DNA of 64,000 bases from an uncultured virus (IMG/VR IMGVR_UViG_3300012271_000008) (taxonomy: Duplodnaviria > Heunggongvirae > Uroviricota > Caudoviricetes), in IMG/VR virus record IMGVR_UViG_3300012271_000008, positions 1 through 64,000 of that record; one strand, given 5' to 3'. Numbering within the stretch: position 1 is the first letter of the stretch; each line of letters begins with the position of its first letter. This document shows, in pieces, positions 12,001-19,900 of this stretch. Made by a program: the position numbers and the translations under genes. A model generated the notes under the pieces. It ran no database searches. It had not been told where the DNA came from and saw only the letters and a program-made list of their open reading frames with translations.

Positions 12001-12021
12001 TAATACTTTTTTTTCTGGCAT
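1..12021 (-). CDS. Giant virion-packaged RNA polymerase polyprotein (N-terminal hydrophobic cargo region + zincin domain + crAss-type RNAP); 3' end beyond window
   Basis: ATG at 12021 (MPEKKVLTVEDF...). The frame is open wherever I translated it, including position 1, and the ORF track lists no stop-terminated ORF in this frame. Motifs: GFRIPTQ (~2815-2835), SGSDFDVD (2698-2721), GTAYHEAFH (6973-6999) and LEEKLAD (~6793-6813). Confidence 0.9.
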   Translation of the reverse strand, partial: MPEKKVLTVEDFVQQGGTVVPEGVTPEITTPANVGSAPLSGSIAAGEYKGRVSSASFRDLGYDLEHFQARQQTTGEKWSNGIAKFTEQVGTGVVGNVANLFYGTGSAIVNGSFNKFFDNDFTQTLDSWDDATREKFQNFSTNQERDRAWYKNMGTANFWADDFLGGMAFTVSAVLSEITMTAATAATFGATGALQAGMTARLMAKAARGINSLNKANKAKTGVSAISSARSAINAANKIDKTALFTRRLITGAGYEAGVEARGFKDEAWAERLKGLEGVDSKEQLKKSNPELYNTLESSINSAANFVFAGNTALVGLSNFVTLPKTFGKGLFKSGSINSSILSPTRVSGREGAYNLAYNNWNKLQKTSHFSKELIKRPLTEGLFEEGGQGFVKRTGLEYISKSYSPEGVATSYDVVSAMNDAFDKTYGSSFDNEFWKEVGIGMIIGSLGSPTFNFKSGAKGMWQGSLVGAVTDTNDKIAEAEKLVELANADPGMSKLALMQKQANLVHETNKEMHEAHNKKDFYRGKNAESQEFYNMVANRYKLGVSDQMLGDTVEEVENMPIEEFAETFGYEGNMTQEELYARKKEVIETATDNTNRAVEAIRQAEKTIQDYSFVTDAGTLNSSELIEAVAYNDYMVSDLDKREVELADSISKDLNIDARTLLDIRNENNSVRWTKKAIDRFRGHKKELEESEEELKDAESIDASQSEIEVLRKKVNKQKSRYYRALKKEHTKRKNTTNKGKKYDRDFESFKELVESTTALQDQVNNLYVDKPTRAKSTENKLNDLTKMASQREAYVEDMSTLLSIEGFKAFTEELDKVREASIKDSRINLYNKLKEIVQSSETLTEEQIQQITEKIEEQANLDNKDVSKPNTLTTKSENKLIKTIIDNLNTYNETSKTLAQFNNFKVYLTNSKNSLKDKIKNEDDGTVAFEEIKAEYEELLDTIYKLENYVQSSISSLINKSKEKSYNGFTSVLNSVKSFVRFFNKDENGKDINVEEVLQGRSWDEIKKVLQFSVEEWEDAPVEDSPSKNKDGSLMDTDVKVSSSYLHTDGKRYALRIKIGGVLIGALSVPNKFTIDGRPLDFSDLNDIKKLNKDFTPEELKQLNFYKHNYEALVTEALSGTYIGYEALKDVVDFKLYLKQLEYIPKGEGRTSVKDSVDSQVNLGNKKGHLLYNRNGYSVSSEDEEGNVRKTKGAYLFLHEGNKYVLSRQSNPAMYQEAKRIMMEGGAKFTSKLYHSDFLLVPRGNKKDGSSNYGLIGLDYPAENDATIDDETLNTTFAENIEKFSNWSDKQNNENTDKNSKKSIYNMPLTITLVRENSNTKVNLDISVPLLRTKNEDGTWSKKVTLYGNAKGTGSTSLHHSLFLGLSYNEDFSNIQIVTDSKKGEKVDLTVANLKEQINTRLKWSITQKDKRTGTVNVANIITENGTVPSGNVSVANIYPQDVNTAKENLELAARPTDAAIVTEPSSRMTEDIPENFNPTSKDPVTPAPEENSPANPAPQPTNLEPDLNEYGSDLNKTTWEHVPNSLSAGLKLFIKLLGGTEQHEMLLAGDIQSLGPKYLEALTTIAKREFGHDSYNMSQFFNDLQIVEDSINNKENEDDPDSDDLAFSTKKLEGEAVNIAQAKKILSKILPSSIKIKSLDTVLKNLQANGEVFGVFMNNIIYLDSNKATKGTAYHEAFHAVFRTIFTKEEKEQMLILAQKEFGDPTSKDLNELKQVTSRYDKYSKKELTELWLEEKLADKFAEYKPTKLSWLQKLINKIKSWLGFVTDSSLSKVFDAIYEGKLKDRTSTSIVSGEPVFSMLKTSGNNTLTPRNSEIIFSRVHQRYLNNTSEESYKVKITKAIEEVKEELNWINNPRIATAKSKKMYNSLRGQGLQLNEKLIRDEISSRIGNYNFNVNTKEVEEENTDNDDETPERDFNPDLGKYAGISSLSKRIRTYLTTVHQSEDYLGLNLTEEELKDDMWKVSVNHDRVYDALVRGLADVAEKDILPRIYFMGQSNPSIKTFFDKVIIDIHKEAGIEEDFDIKNSLNYDRSTLYRELVSNFDKTKVNFQSMIYDPKSKTYRIFNSNRKNIARDQVSKWNANFNIARNSVDPNQASDFIEKEVMEVYGPNATKNEGIGTWVANLDNNAKFVRDSLEEKIGLKLHIDYVKWSMIKDSLISENTVEINGEMLENSITGLIEHYKNIGNTNLAVLEDLVQFYETFESAGNSLDQEVDGVRLLSDRLLSILRDDKANHNPFALQSDDIDEDVARQGAGAVTRFKFIASANSIFDSTLSETTFRNNEGNNISDKVSNSFYTDMFRILKTPKFKFLLKDIKEGVASWEDLKSVLEDNQIFYTDDFIKLYMEAISNNPLLTENLDDIFNANKETEILGGIREATFTEDGSVNTQSDFKNGKDFKNMTPIERMLFNMYNYENSFFTKNKKTYSKFSLEVNEDKNTSYIFSLPVKEYLFKGKPNAVFLKDYFKLFQTEFNIIKNDTLVDKINKFNVGEESDRKNKFFKFNFLSDDLKKALLNSDTITEELEKEVKKQLAADATKKINNYVNVLKKEQATDSLPESFASQSGVDSNKQPIYNVNREEVGKFVLNTFINSHSLSDLMNGSDMVGHNSILDIIKRNGGKVAYGQSLGSGHTNIATIKDYSIPGINYSKDENGKEKGLIDEAGDGQTWSTPGWRINTYLRGIGKFRNELERSYTKDGIGLLDKARLGIELNLKELNVMKKHNALFNSLKIVGRDAQSYLKTSISTISRADVSKLAFKDRQEAVNLLRDIKEIEISGENEEILDYLFTQLHALYKPLPHRIEMHNMLNDMELNNVHLVTYESAMKTAIINSADYAKGEKLSPIKMSNRILREQVNTDGFKEEIVDGTQLLNIIWSEQSDEKQALVSKYKSYLAERSKEGFDILKGTIFEDMPNKKDIVPRYKELYKEFKANIASSLEDPYMAQLFELDPKGQPLYDNNFTAVVSKFESMFLSYVSKHSFKFKSAGRKYTLTANAGYRVKVDKNDNVIPTDSNNTHSSVRRLKYDKKTGIAEVIVSKYAFKDHLEEIKENNGFIPEYLAMQLGFRIPTQDNSSIVKLKIVDMIDGAYGSTIIIPSEINEISGSDFDVDSLFAKLFNFTNKGKFGDYKNIKSEELAMQAAMTEITESKLVKSKVREAVRNISEDFRHLMNIQSNTLEVDEFDEYIKEMALKNGKIEAAIDSVYADLGILTIPMFKESDYFDKFIAVRKGDNYGTSLTREELDNNILEAQMELAFNDHATETSEREPILETYKFLEEQGITLKDNVSGAHDPASQYQAHKANYAGSGGIGPMALFNIAFQYMRANDSKFTTKVKEIEDVDGIDVIKVVEKPLEVYPGFSSFNTDMAGKHRVNKLISAFITAFTDNAKHLDSEKLGINKNLITHIATVFSSGVPLNEAVPFFLQDSIQIWKDIKANKSYITDEDIKKGLMEKAKANGFSKSDLEIAFGSKIKYKVNKENILANLKFQEDNYARVEDSIEINKRFISPELKRWVDINLQSYEYFKNTDKIANEIFHFTRVLSLVKGVKKSTANVQSILDSTKKLGVGFNSGYKVVSNLDKVMTATNWFSIINKNKNIERSLLNLKELDRDILKEFLISHSIGGKDLLESLIINNKSNRFTKEDDFKTVLGEFSSFIQLKAYMHKGKNKIKYDFNDDIFNREFYDTLNDLKAEAKAGDTILQENKLLQQLRQRNYKFKDKSDFAGLLLTWGEMNTNTKKDADDTTELLDGFSELHESSNPKAKKLAKLIFKQVAIKDNFKFKSNSLIRLISLRYLKPNLIDLLPEIKEALNSGTPAKYDALFGMDLGQLRDDFIKSYSRNTVNYKNVRTLNNNQLKSLLGATNEEGYVRSGFDADNLPTYQTVNDPFNNNLVSYYKGKDGIERLYFNSEINKKIGKNMESLAKSKLFDLDMNWETGYNRLTFPRVIRVAQEYYQLEGFTREKINKGSKASYVKVNRIGNYLMSPYAFTIDQWDELKESQADKSTTVEVDEIP

Positions 12022-12032
12022 ATTTTATTTAT

Positions 12033-14087
12033 TTATTGAAACATTTTCATATAAGTAGTTGCATTATTTTTTTTCATGCGATTACTTTCTTCTCTAGATA
12101 AATCATTTTCTAATTGATTTTTTACAACATTTTGTAATTGATCAAAATTAATTGCTGAAGGCATTAATACAGTAACTTCTTCTCCACTTGGTAATCTTTG
12201 AGTAGTTTTTTCAGAAAGTTTACTTTCAAAAGATTCTCCATTCCATACAGTTTTTACATCATATGTTGTGGGAACAGTTTCGCCTTTTTCATTTAATTTA
12301 TAAAAATTAATTTCTCCACTTCCATTATTTTTAACGTCATTAATTCCAATTCTACCTTGAACTCCATAAGTGTTAGAAACTTCTGGTTTAGCTTCAGCTA
12401 TTATAGTGTAATTATCGTCTCCATCAGTAATTCTTATAGTTTCTCCTCCTATATAAGATCCACCAGCTGCTCCTGCAGTGTTATAAGAATCTATTAATAT
12501 TCTTGGAGACCCTTCTCCACCACCAACTTTAGCACTATTCATAAGTTCATATAACTTATCATCAGGTACATCTATTTTAGAATCTTCTGATCTTATAGAA
12601 TATTCTCTACCTTCTAAATAACCATTTAAATTTTTATCTCCAAAAACTTCTTTAGTGTGAGAAAGTCTTTCAGATTGAGGTATATCTATTTTAGCATTAT
12701 CATAAGTATTATGTGCGTTTCTAAAGTTTTGATAATTAGTTAAAAGAGTTAAACCTTCTTCAAAATCATCTATAGGATTACCATTATTTAATTGAGTTAC
12801 TAGATTTTTTTGTTTATCAGTAAAATCATTAAAAGTCATGTCTTCTTTATGTCTTTTATAACCTACTTCATAAGTAACTTTACCTGGTGTTGATAAATCT
12901 CTTATAGGATTTACATAAACATCTTCTATATCTACATTATACTTTTCAGCAGTATCTTCCATAAGTTTTTGTCTATCTCTAAATCCACCTGAAGATCTTG
13001 TCATACTTACAGTTTCAACTTTATGATTCATTTCTACATCTTCATTTTTAAATTCACCTACTAAATCTATTGTTTCTCTATTAGTTTTAGCATCTAAATT
13101 TTCTGTTAATGTTACTTGGAATAAAGCATCTATGGCTGCTTTTTTTCTAGACCAAGCTCTGTCTTGATTATATAAACTATTATTAGTAGTTTTAGAAGAT
13201 TTTTCATAAGTACTTCCAATACTACCATAAGTATCTTTAAATAATTTTGCTTTATAACTTTTATCATTTAATTGTTTTTGCATTTTAGTAGTACCATCTT
13301 CTTGCAATACAGGAACTTCTTTATACATGTCTGCTTCATAAGACTCTTTAGTAAGACCTGACTCATAACCAAATTCTACAGCATCTCTAATATAATCTTG
13401 ATTAGCTCCTTGAGATAAAACACTTTCCATAACTCTTTCCATTCTTTCTACAGGTTTCATTTTAGTAAATTCAGTTTCATTGACAAAATAAGGAATTACA
13501 GCTGTTGTAAATTCTCCTTTTACTATATCTTGTTCAGCGTCTAACATAGCTGTTCTTACTTGAGAAACGTTATCTTGGTATTTAGATATTCCTCTTGAAC
13601 CATAATTTTCATATTCAGCTCCATATTTTTCTTGTCCACCTACACCTTTATATTTATCATCAAAACCTCTCATAGCTTTTTCAACCATCATAGGATTATC
13701 TTTATGTATTTCTTTTAATTCTTTATATCTAGCAGCTCTAGCATCATAATTAGCTTGAATATTTCCTGCAGCACCATATTGTGAAAAAGTTTTAGCTACT
13801 TCTCTGGAAAAATCACGAACTTGATTTTTATTAACTCTGTCTGTTAGATCCATTCCAGAAAATTTATCTGCAGAGCTATCTATCCATTTCATAATTCCTT
13901 CAGCTTGATCATTATCTTTTTCTAAAGATCTTAATTTTTGGCTTTGAGCTTCCCATTTTTTTGTTTTAGCAATTTCTGCATCTTGTTGCATTTGTTTTGC
14001 ACCCAAGCCTTGAAACATTTCTTGGTAAGGCATATCATATGCCCAATCTGCAGGTGTACCCCTACTAGTTTTATAAAATCTACTCAT
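12033..14087 (-). CDS. Putative ejected cargo protein
   Basis: 684 aa helical protein directly upstream of the virion RNAP; crAss-like synteny. Confidence 0.6.
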   Translation of the reverse strand: MSRFYKTSRGTPADWAYDMPYQEMFQGLGAKQMQQDAEIAKTKKWEAQSQKLRSLEKDNDQAEGIMKWIDSSADKFSGMDLTDRVNKNQVRDFSREVAKTFSQYGAAGNIQANYDARAARYKELKEIHKDNPMMVEKAMRGFDDKYKGVGGQEKYGAEYENYGSRGISKYQDNVSQVRTAMLDAEQDIVKGEFTTAVIPYFVNETEFTKMKPVERMERVMESVLSQGANQDYIRDAVEFGYESGLTKESYEADMYKEVPVLQEDGTTKMQKQLNDKSYKAKLFKDTYGSIGSTYEKSSKTTNNSLYNQDRAWSRKKAAIDALFQVTLTENLDAKTNRETIDLVGEFKNEDVEMNHKVETVSMTRSSGGFRDRQKLMEDTAEKYNVDIEDVYVNPIRDLSTPGKVTYEVGYKRHKEDMTFNDFTDKQKNLVTQLNNGNPIDDFEEGLTLLTNYQNFRNAHNTYDNAKIDIPQSERLSHTKEVFGDKNLNGYLEGREYSIRSEDSKIDVPDDKLYELMNSAKVGGGEGSPRILIDSYNTAGAAGGSYIGGETIRITDGDDNYTIIAEAKPEVSNTYGVQGRIGINDVKNNGSGEINFYKLNEKGETVPTTYDVKTVWNGESFESKLSEKTTQRLPSGEEVTVLMPSAINFDQLQNVVKNQLENDLSREESNRMKKNNATTYMKMFQ

Positions 14088-16930
14088 TACACATTAACTA
14101 TTTTTCCTTTAAATAAAAAATTACCTTTACTATCCATAGTAAAATCTGAAGATATTTCTTGTAGCATTTTTAATTTAACTTTATTTGATTCATTTTGATT
14201 CATATTTTTACCAAAACCTTGTGTCATATCACCAAGATTACTTACATTATCTGAAAGATTACTGTAGTAATTATCTTTATTCATATCTTCATTAACATTC
14301 TTTTGAGTTCTACCTCTAGCATCTTGCAAATCTCCTTGCATTCTTAATTGAGAAGTTGCACTAGCTTCATTAGTATCATAACCTAAACCAGCTTCAGCTA
14401 AACTTTGTTGAGTGTTATTTATTATGTTTTGCTCATTTGATAACATAGAAGCAAAAGAACCTGATCTATTTCTATTTATATTAGAAACTACATTAGCTTG
14501 TCTTTTTATATTATTTAAAGTATCTTCTTTACCTCTTCTATGTATTCCTGATAACTCATTGATAGCAGCACCTTCTACATTAGCATACTCATTAACTTCA
14601 TCTTTATCCATTCCATTTGCTAAAGTCATTGCTAGTGGCCCTAAACCTCCTACAATGTTACCTGCTGCACCTATAGTATTACCTCTAGTCCAAACACTGT
14701 CTTTATTAGTATTTTTAGGTCTAGGATCTATTTGATTTACATTAAATGTTTCTCCAGTTTTATCTGGAATTCTTGATAAATCTATTTCAGGATAATCACC
14801 TTCTGGAGGAAAACCTCCTGATGGATTAAAACTAGCTAAATCATTTTCATGTTGTTTTAGAGGATCATTTCCTCCACCATAGTTATATTTTTTTACACCC
14901 CCATACAAATATTGTTGTACACCTCCATCTTTCATTTTAGCAAAAGATTTAGCATTACCATCAACATCTTTACCATAAAGTTCTCTATCTACTTGTTTGT
15001 TAAGTACATCTCTTATAATTCCTTTACGAGAAGTTTTATTATCTAAATAACTTTCTCTCCATTTTCTAGGAATAACTACTCCATTTTCTTGAGCTTCTAC
15101 AAAGTTACCTAAATGTTCTTTATTTTTACCTTTAGAATGACTCTTATATCTAGGGCTTTTATAATCTTCAATAACATTACCTGAATCTAAATCAACCATA
15201 AGTTCATCACTTTGAATATTTATAAGAGGATTATTCATCATACCACCTTCTTCCATGCTAGGAATACCATAAGGATTTTGAGATACATTACCTGACATAC
15301 TTTGTAAAGGTTTTTGTATTTGTTCTCTTTGGTTTTGATTTTTTTCATTTCCTGATAAACCTCCTGCAATAGCACCTACACCTGCACCTATAGCAGTTCC
15401 AACTCCTGGCATTATCATAGTACCAAGAGTAGCACCTTGTCCAGCACCTTTTAAAGCACCTTTACCTACAGCTTCTCCCTGGGAATCTATTTCTTGCCCA
15501 TAAAATTGTTCATTAGTAGCACCAAGTTCAATTCCTTGTGCAGCTATTTGACCCATTTGTCCATAAGGCATAGTTGGATTTCCTCCAGGAATATCATTAA
15601 TTCCATTAGGATTTTCTAAAAAATCTAATTTTCCTGGTACATTAGGAGGCATAGCACCTCCTTTAGCAAATTGAGGTGCATTAGCTTCAGCCCAACCTTT
15701 AGGCATATTTTGGTTTTTAGCAATAGCATTAAATTCTTCTATAGTATTAAAACCATATTGTTTACCTTTTATATTTGTATATTTACTATACTCTTTGTTT
15801 GGAGTAGTTTTTTTCATTTCTTTTGTATTTTTATTTAAATCTACTATTACATTACCATCAGCATCTAATAATTGATCATTATCCCACCCTTTAGTTGTTT
15901 CTTTATGTCTAGAAGCTCCTATAGTAGAACCAGATTGATTTTTTAACTCAGGATACATTTTAGTTATTCTATCTAGCTCATCCTGATCATACACGTCAAA
16001 AGTCTTACCATGTAAATTTATTTTTTGAATAATTTTTTTATTTTTAGAAACTGAAGTACTTGAAGTATTTACAGGATCTTTTTTTACATTTTGAGTAGTA
16101 GCAGTAGGAGTAATAACAGTTGATTCTTTTGTATTAGTTTTTGGTGTTTTATATCTTTTTAATGCAGATATATTTTGAGCTGAACTACCATTGTAAGCAC
16201 CAAATTCTGCAGCTAATCCCATATCATTATACATTTGTTTACGAGAACTATAAGACCCATCTTTACCTTCTGATTGTAATACTGCAGTCCAATCTGTATT
16301 CATATTAGGTTTTGGGGGAGTATTAGTATTTACATTTGATTGAGATGCAGAAGCACTTGGTAAAACATTAGAACTTCCTACAGGTCTTTGAAACCTGTTA
16401 ATATTTATTCTATCTACACCTGGACTTTCATAAGTAAATGGGTAACCTTGTCTCCCGTCATTTGAATCTGGGGTATATGACATTGATGAATTTTGACCAG
16501 AAATAACTGGACGTTGATATACTCTATTATTAGAGTATGTTTCTGTACCTGTTGGAGCAATATCTGTTTCTTTTTGATAATTATCTAATAAATTTATATC
16601 AGGATTTGGCATAGTTAGTTTTACAGGATCATCAAAAGATTGCACCATACTATTTGAATGATTTTCTTTGTAAAAATACCCATTTTTAAAATCATTACGA
16701 GTCACTTTTCCAGGTTTATATTCACCTTCTCCCCCAAACATATTACTCATATAATCACTATTTTCTTGGTATTGATTGTACAAAGTCATACTATCTTGAT
16801 AAGTTGGAGGAGGATCCCCTAACCCTCCATCAGGAAAACTATCAAAAATACTTGCACCTCCAGCCATATACTTAGATAAGGTGTAAGGTGAAGCTTTTTT
16901 ATTTCTACTATATTTCTTTTTAGATTTCAT
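14087..16930 (-). CDS. Putative ejected cargo protein with glycine-zipper TM region and DUF3597-like motif
   Basis: 947 aa. Contains GAGQGATLGTMIMPGVGTAIGAGVGAIAGG and a second hydrophobic segment IGAAGNIVGGLGPLAM; lies between muzzle and RNAP genes. Confidence 0.65.
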   Translation of the reverse strand: MKSKKKYSRNKKASPYTLSKYMAGGASIFDSFPDGGLGDPPPTYQDSMTLYNQYQENSDYMSNMFGGEGEYKPGKVTRNDFKNGYFYKENHSNSMVQSFDDPVKLTMPNPDINLLDNYQKETDIAPTGTETYSNNRVYQRPVISGQNSSMSYTPDSNDGRQGYPFTYESPGVDRININRFQRPVGSSNVLPSASASQSNVNTNTPPKPNMNTDWTAVLQSEGKDGSYSSRKQMYNDMGLAAEFGAYNGSSAQNISALKRYKTPKTNTKESTVITPTATTQNVKKDPVNTSSTSVSKNKKIIQKINLHGKTFDVYDQDELDRITKMYPELKNQSGSTIGASRHKETTKGWDNDQLLDADGNVIVDLNKNTKEMKKTTPNKEYSKYTNIKGKQYGFNTIEEFNAIAKNQNMPKGWAEANAPQFAKGGAMPPNVPGKLDFLENPNGINDIPGGNPTMPYGQMGQIAAQGIELGATNEQFYGQEIDSQGEAVGKGALKGAGQGATLGTMIMPGVGTAIGAGVGAIAGGLSGNEKNQNQREQIQKPLQSMSGNVSQNPYGIPSMEEGGMMNNPLINIQSDELMVDLDSGNVIEDYKSPRYKSHSKGKNKEHLGNFVEAQENGVVIPRKWRESYLDNKTSRKGIIRDVLNKQVDRELYGKDVDGNAKSFAKMKDGGVQQYLYGGVKKYNYGGGNDPLKQHENDLASFNPSGGFPPEGDYPEIDLSRIPDKTGETFNVNQIDPRPKNTNKDSVWTRGNTIGAAGNIVGGLGPLAMTLANGMDKDEVNEYANVEGAAINELSGIHRRGKEDTLNNIKRQANVVSNINRNRSGSFASMLSNEQNIINNTQQSLAEAGLGYDTNEASATSQLRMQGDLQDARGRTQKNVNEDMNKDNYYSNLSDNVSNLGDMTQGFGKNMNQNESNKVKLKMLQEISSDFTMDSKGNFLFKGKIVNV

Positions 16931-16932
16931 AA

Positions 16933-19900
16933 TTATCTCTCTGTGTAATTTTTATCTGTAATATTAAAGTTAGTTATTAACTTAGTATTTACAAAGGTAG
17001 TGAAAAAAAGTCGTATTAACAAGTACTTATCCCTGAATACCTCTTGTTCCCACCAGTTTTTGTTTAAGTTTATTGATGTGGGATTTATCACCTTATCAAT
17101 ATAGTATTTGTCCTGAAAAGAAGGTTCTTCCCAATTTTTTGTAAATAAAGGTATGTCCCTATTTTCAACTAAATCTCTAAATTCATTAAAGCTATATTCT
17201 TTTTCATTTATATCTAATAAAGCTTGTTGATGCCAACTCTCTTGGTCTCTACCTAAATGATTCTGTACCCTTTTAGTTAACAAGTCTATGTCACCCGAAG
17301 ACTGATAACTGTTGTATAGGTTAGCTTTATCAAAAGTTATTAACCTTTTATCTATAAAATATTTATTAATTGGATCCCACTGTTGAGCTTGAGTATGAAA
17401 TCTTACAGCATTGTGTATACTAGATTCTATAGGATTTTTATTAGCAACTACTTCAATTATATGAGGATATTGTACCCCATAAAAAGTTTGGTATTCAAAT
17501 CTTTTATGATGTTTCCATATGTTATTGTCATTGTTAATAGTACTATACAATTTAGTTTTACTATCTATATAATAATTAGGAATGTAACTATGAAAACTAG
17601 TCCATGATTGATCTTTTACTGAATAACTAATTGTCCAACTACAATTTTCAAATAAAGTAGGTTCATTTTTAGGATAAATTAATTTAGTTATTTCAGTTGA
17701 AAATGAATCAGGAGTTACAATATACCAATTACCATTTTCAAATTTTAATGAACCAGTGCTAGGTATATTTGGATTAAATATTTGTACTTCAGTTAACATC
17801 CTTTTACTTTTGTCTGTTAATTTAAAATCATGTTTAGTTAATAGCCATCTATCATATCTAGTATCATAACCTGCTACAAATCCTACATTATTAGTAGGGT
17901 TGTCTGGGCAAGGAAATTCTAAACCAGTTACATCTTCATATTCAGTTTCTAAATTTAATTCTAAATTATTTTCAAAGAAATTTCTTTTACCTTTATTAGA
18001 TATAACATTTGTTTTACCATTAAATAAAAATACTTTACCATCTCTAGCATCTAAAGAAAAAACTCCATGTTCTGTTATATTAAAAGCTCTTTGAGATTGA
18101 TTACCCATGTAACCTACATCTGAATCTACAAGCTCTTGTACAGAAGCAGAAAAGAATTCTCCAGTTCCTATAAACACTTGTGATTCATTAGATTGAATAG
18201 CTTGATTAGTAGAAGGTAAATAAAATCTAGATTCCTCTGTATCTATAAATAATTTATTTTGATAATTAAAAATTTTAGTTATATCACCTTTGTTAGCTAA
18301 TATGTCTCTATAATTATTAGTTTTAGAATTTAAATAGTTATCCGCTAATTCTTCTTGAAAAGATCTTTCAGAGTAAAGAACTCTATTTGGAAATAAACAC
18401 TCACAATCTGAACAATATCTATATGAATTAGGTAAACTAATAAAAGCATTTATATTATTTGGTTTATGGAAATCAGAATTGTAATTATAATAATTTGGGG
18501 TATAACCAGATCCATCATCAGTTATACAATTTAAAAATAAACCTGCATTTAAAGTTTTAGGATAGTAAAGTTCTCCAGGCAACTCATGTCTTAATTCTGA
18601 ATTAATAGTAGATTCTGTAAAAAATCCTATTAAAGAACTATAATTGTGTTTTCTATCTGCTATTTTATTATCTTCATTAACCCATTCTTCAGATTCAGCT
18701 ATCATTCTTCCTGAATTAATAAAATTAAATCTAGTAATAAAAGTATCTCCTCCTAAAACTAAAGTTTCATTTGCTTCAGTCCAATCTTTAGATACAGTAT
18801 AATAAATTAATCTGTTAAGATTATTGTAAACATCTTTAACAACTTTTAATGATTGATAAATAGCTTGTGACCCTGATCTTAAAGTTCCTCCGCTACCATT
18901 AGAGCCTTCTGTAATTGTATCATTTGCATGAGTAAATACTTCAGTATTACCATCATAAGCTCGTACATTACTATTTGTTTCTATAGCAAAAGTATCATCA
19001 GAGTAATTATTAATAAATTTTTCTGTTAAAATGCCAGCAGGTAAAATAGAATTTTTTCCAATATATGCTTGTTTATTTATTACAGAATTAATACTAGTAT
19101 TTAAAGAAGGATTTACATTAATTTCAACATCATCTGTATTAAAAGATAATCCAATACTTGTTCTTCTATTACTTTGCAAATAAGGTGTTTCTGCTGCTGC
19201 ATTTAAAACATTTTCAGTTTTTAAATAACTTGCTTTAATAAATGGTTTTACAAACTTAGTTAAAGGGGAATGAAAACATATCCTGTCACTAATAGTATTT
19301 TGAATAGGAACTGTATCTCCAGCACCTATTAAAGCACCTGATTCAAGACCATCAGGAATTACTCTAAGTCCTGTAGTTGGTCCAATAGCAAGTTCTAATT
19401 TAGATAAATTACCTAAAAAAGGTTGAAAATGTATTGGAGAGTCTCCAACTTCAGATATTCTTCCATAAAAACTAATACCTTTATCTAATACAGTTTTATT
19501 TTCATCTCTATCACACCTAACAATCCTATAAGATTTAGTATCAGGGGGTAAAATTATATTTTTAAATTTAATACCTATTGGATGTATATTGTTATTTGAA
19601 GAGTGAGGTTCTAAAGAACTATCAGGAAATTTATGATGTCTAATAGGAGTTCCCACTAAATCCCCAAATATAAAATTATCATTACAATCTTTAGTATTAG
19701 GATAATTAGCATTAGATTCATGATAAGCCATTTGACCCGCAGAATGTACGTTAGAATTTAAAGAAGAATCTTTATAAGCTGTATTATAAACTTTCCACCT
19801 TTCAACTGTATCCCCCGCAATTAAAGATAAATGTTCTGCTTCTGTATCAGGAATACTACTTACATTATCCCAACTTGAACTTACTAAATCATAAGAAGTT

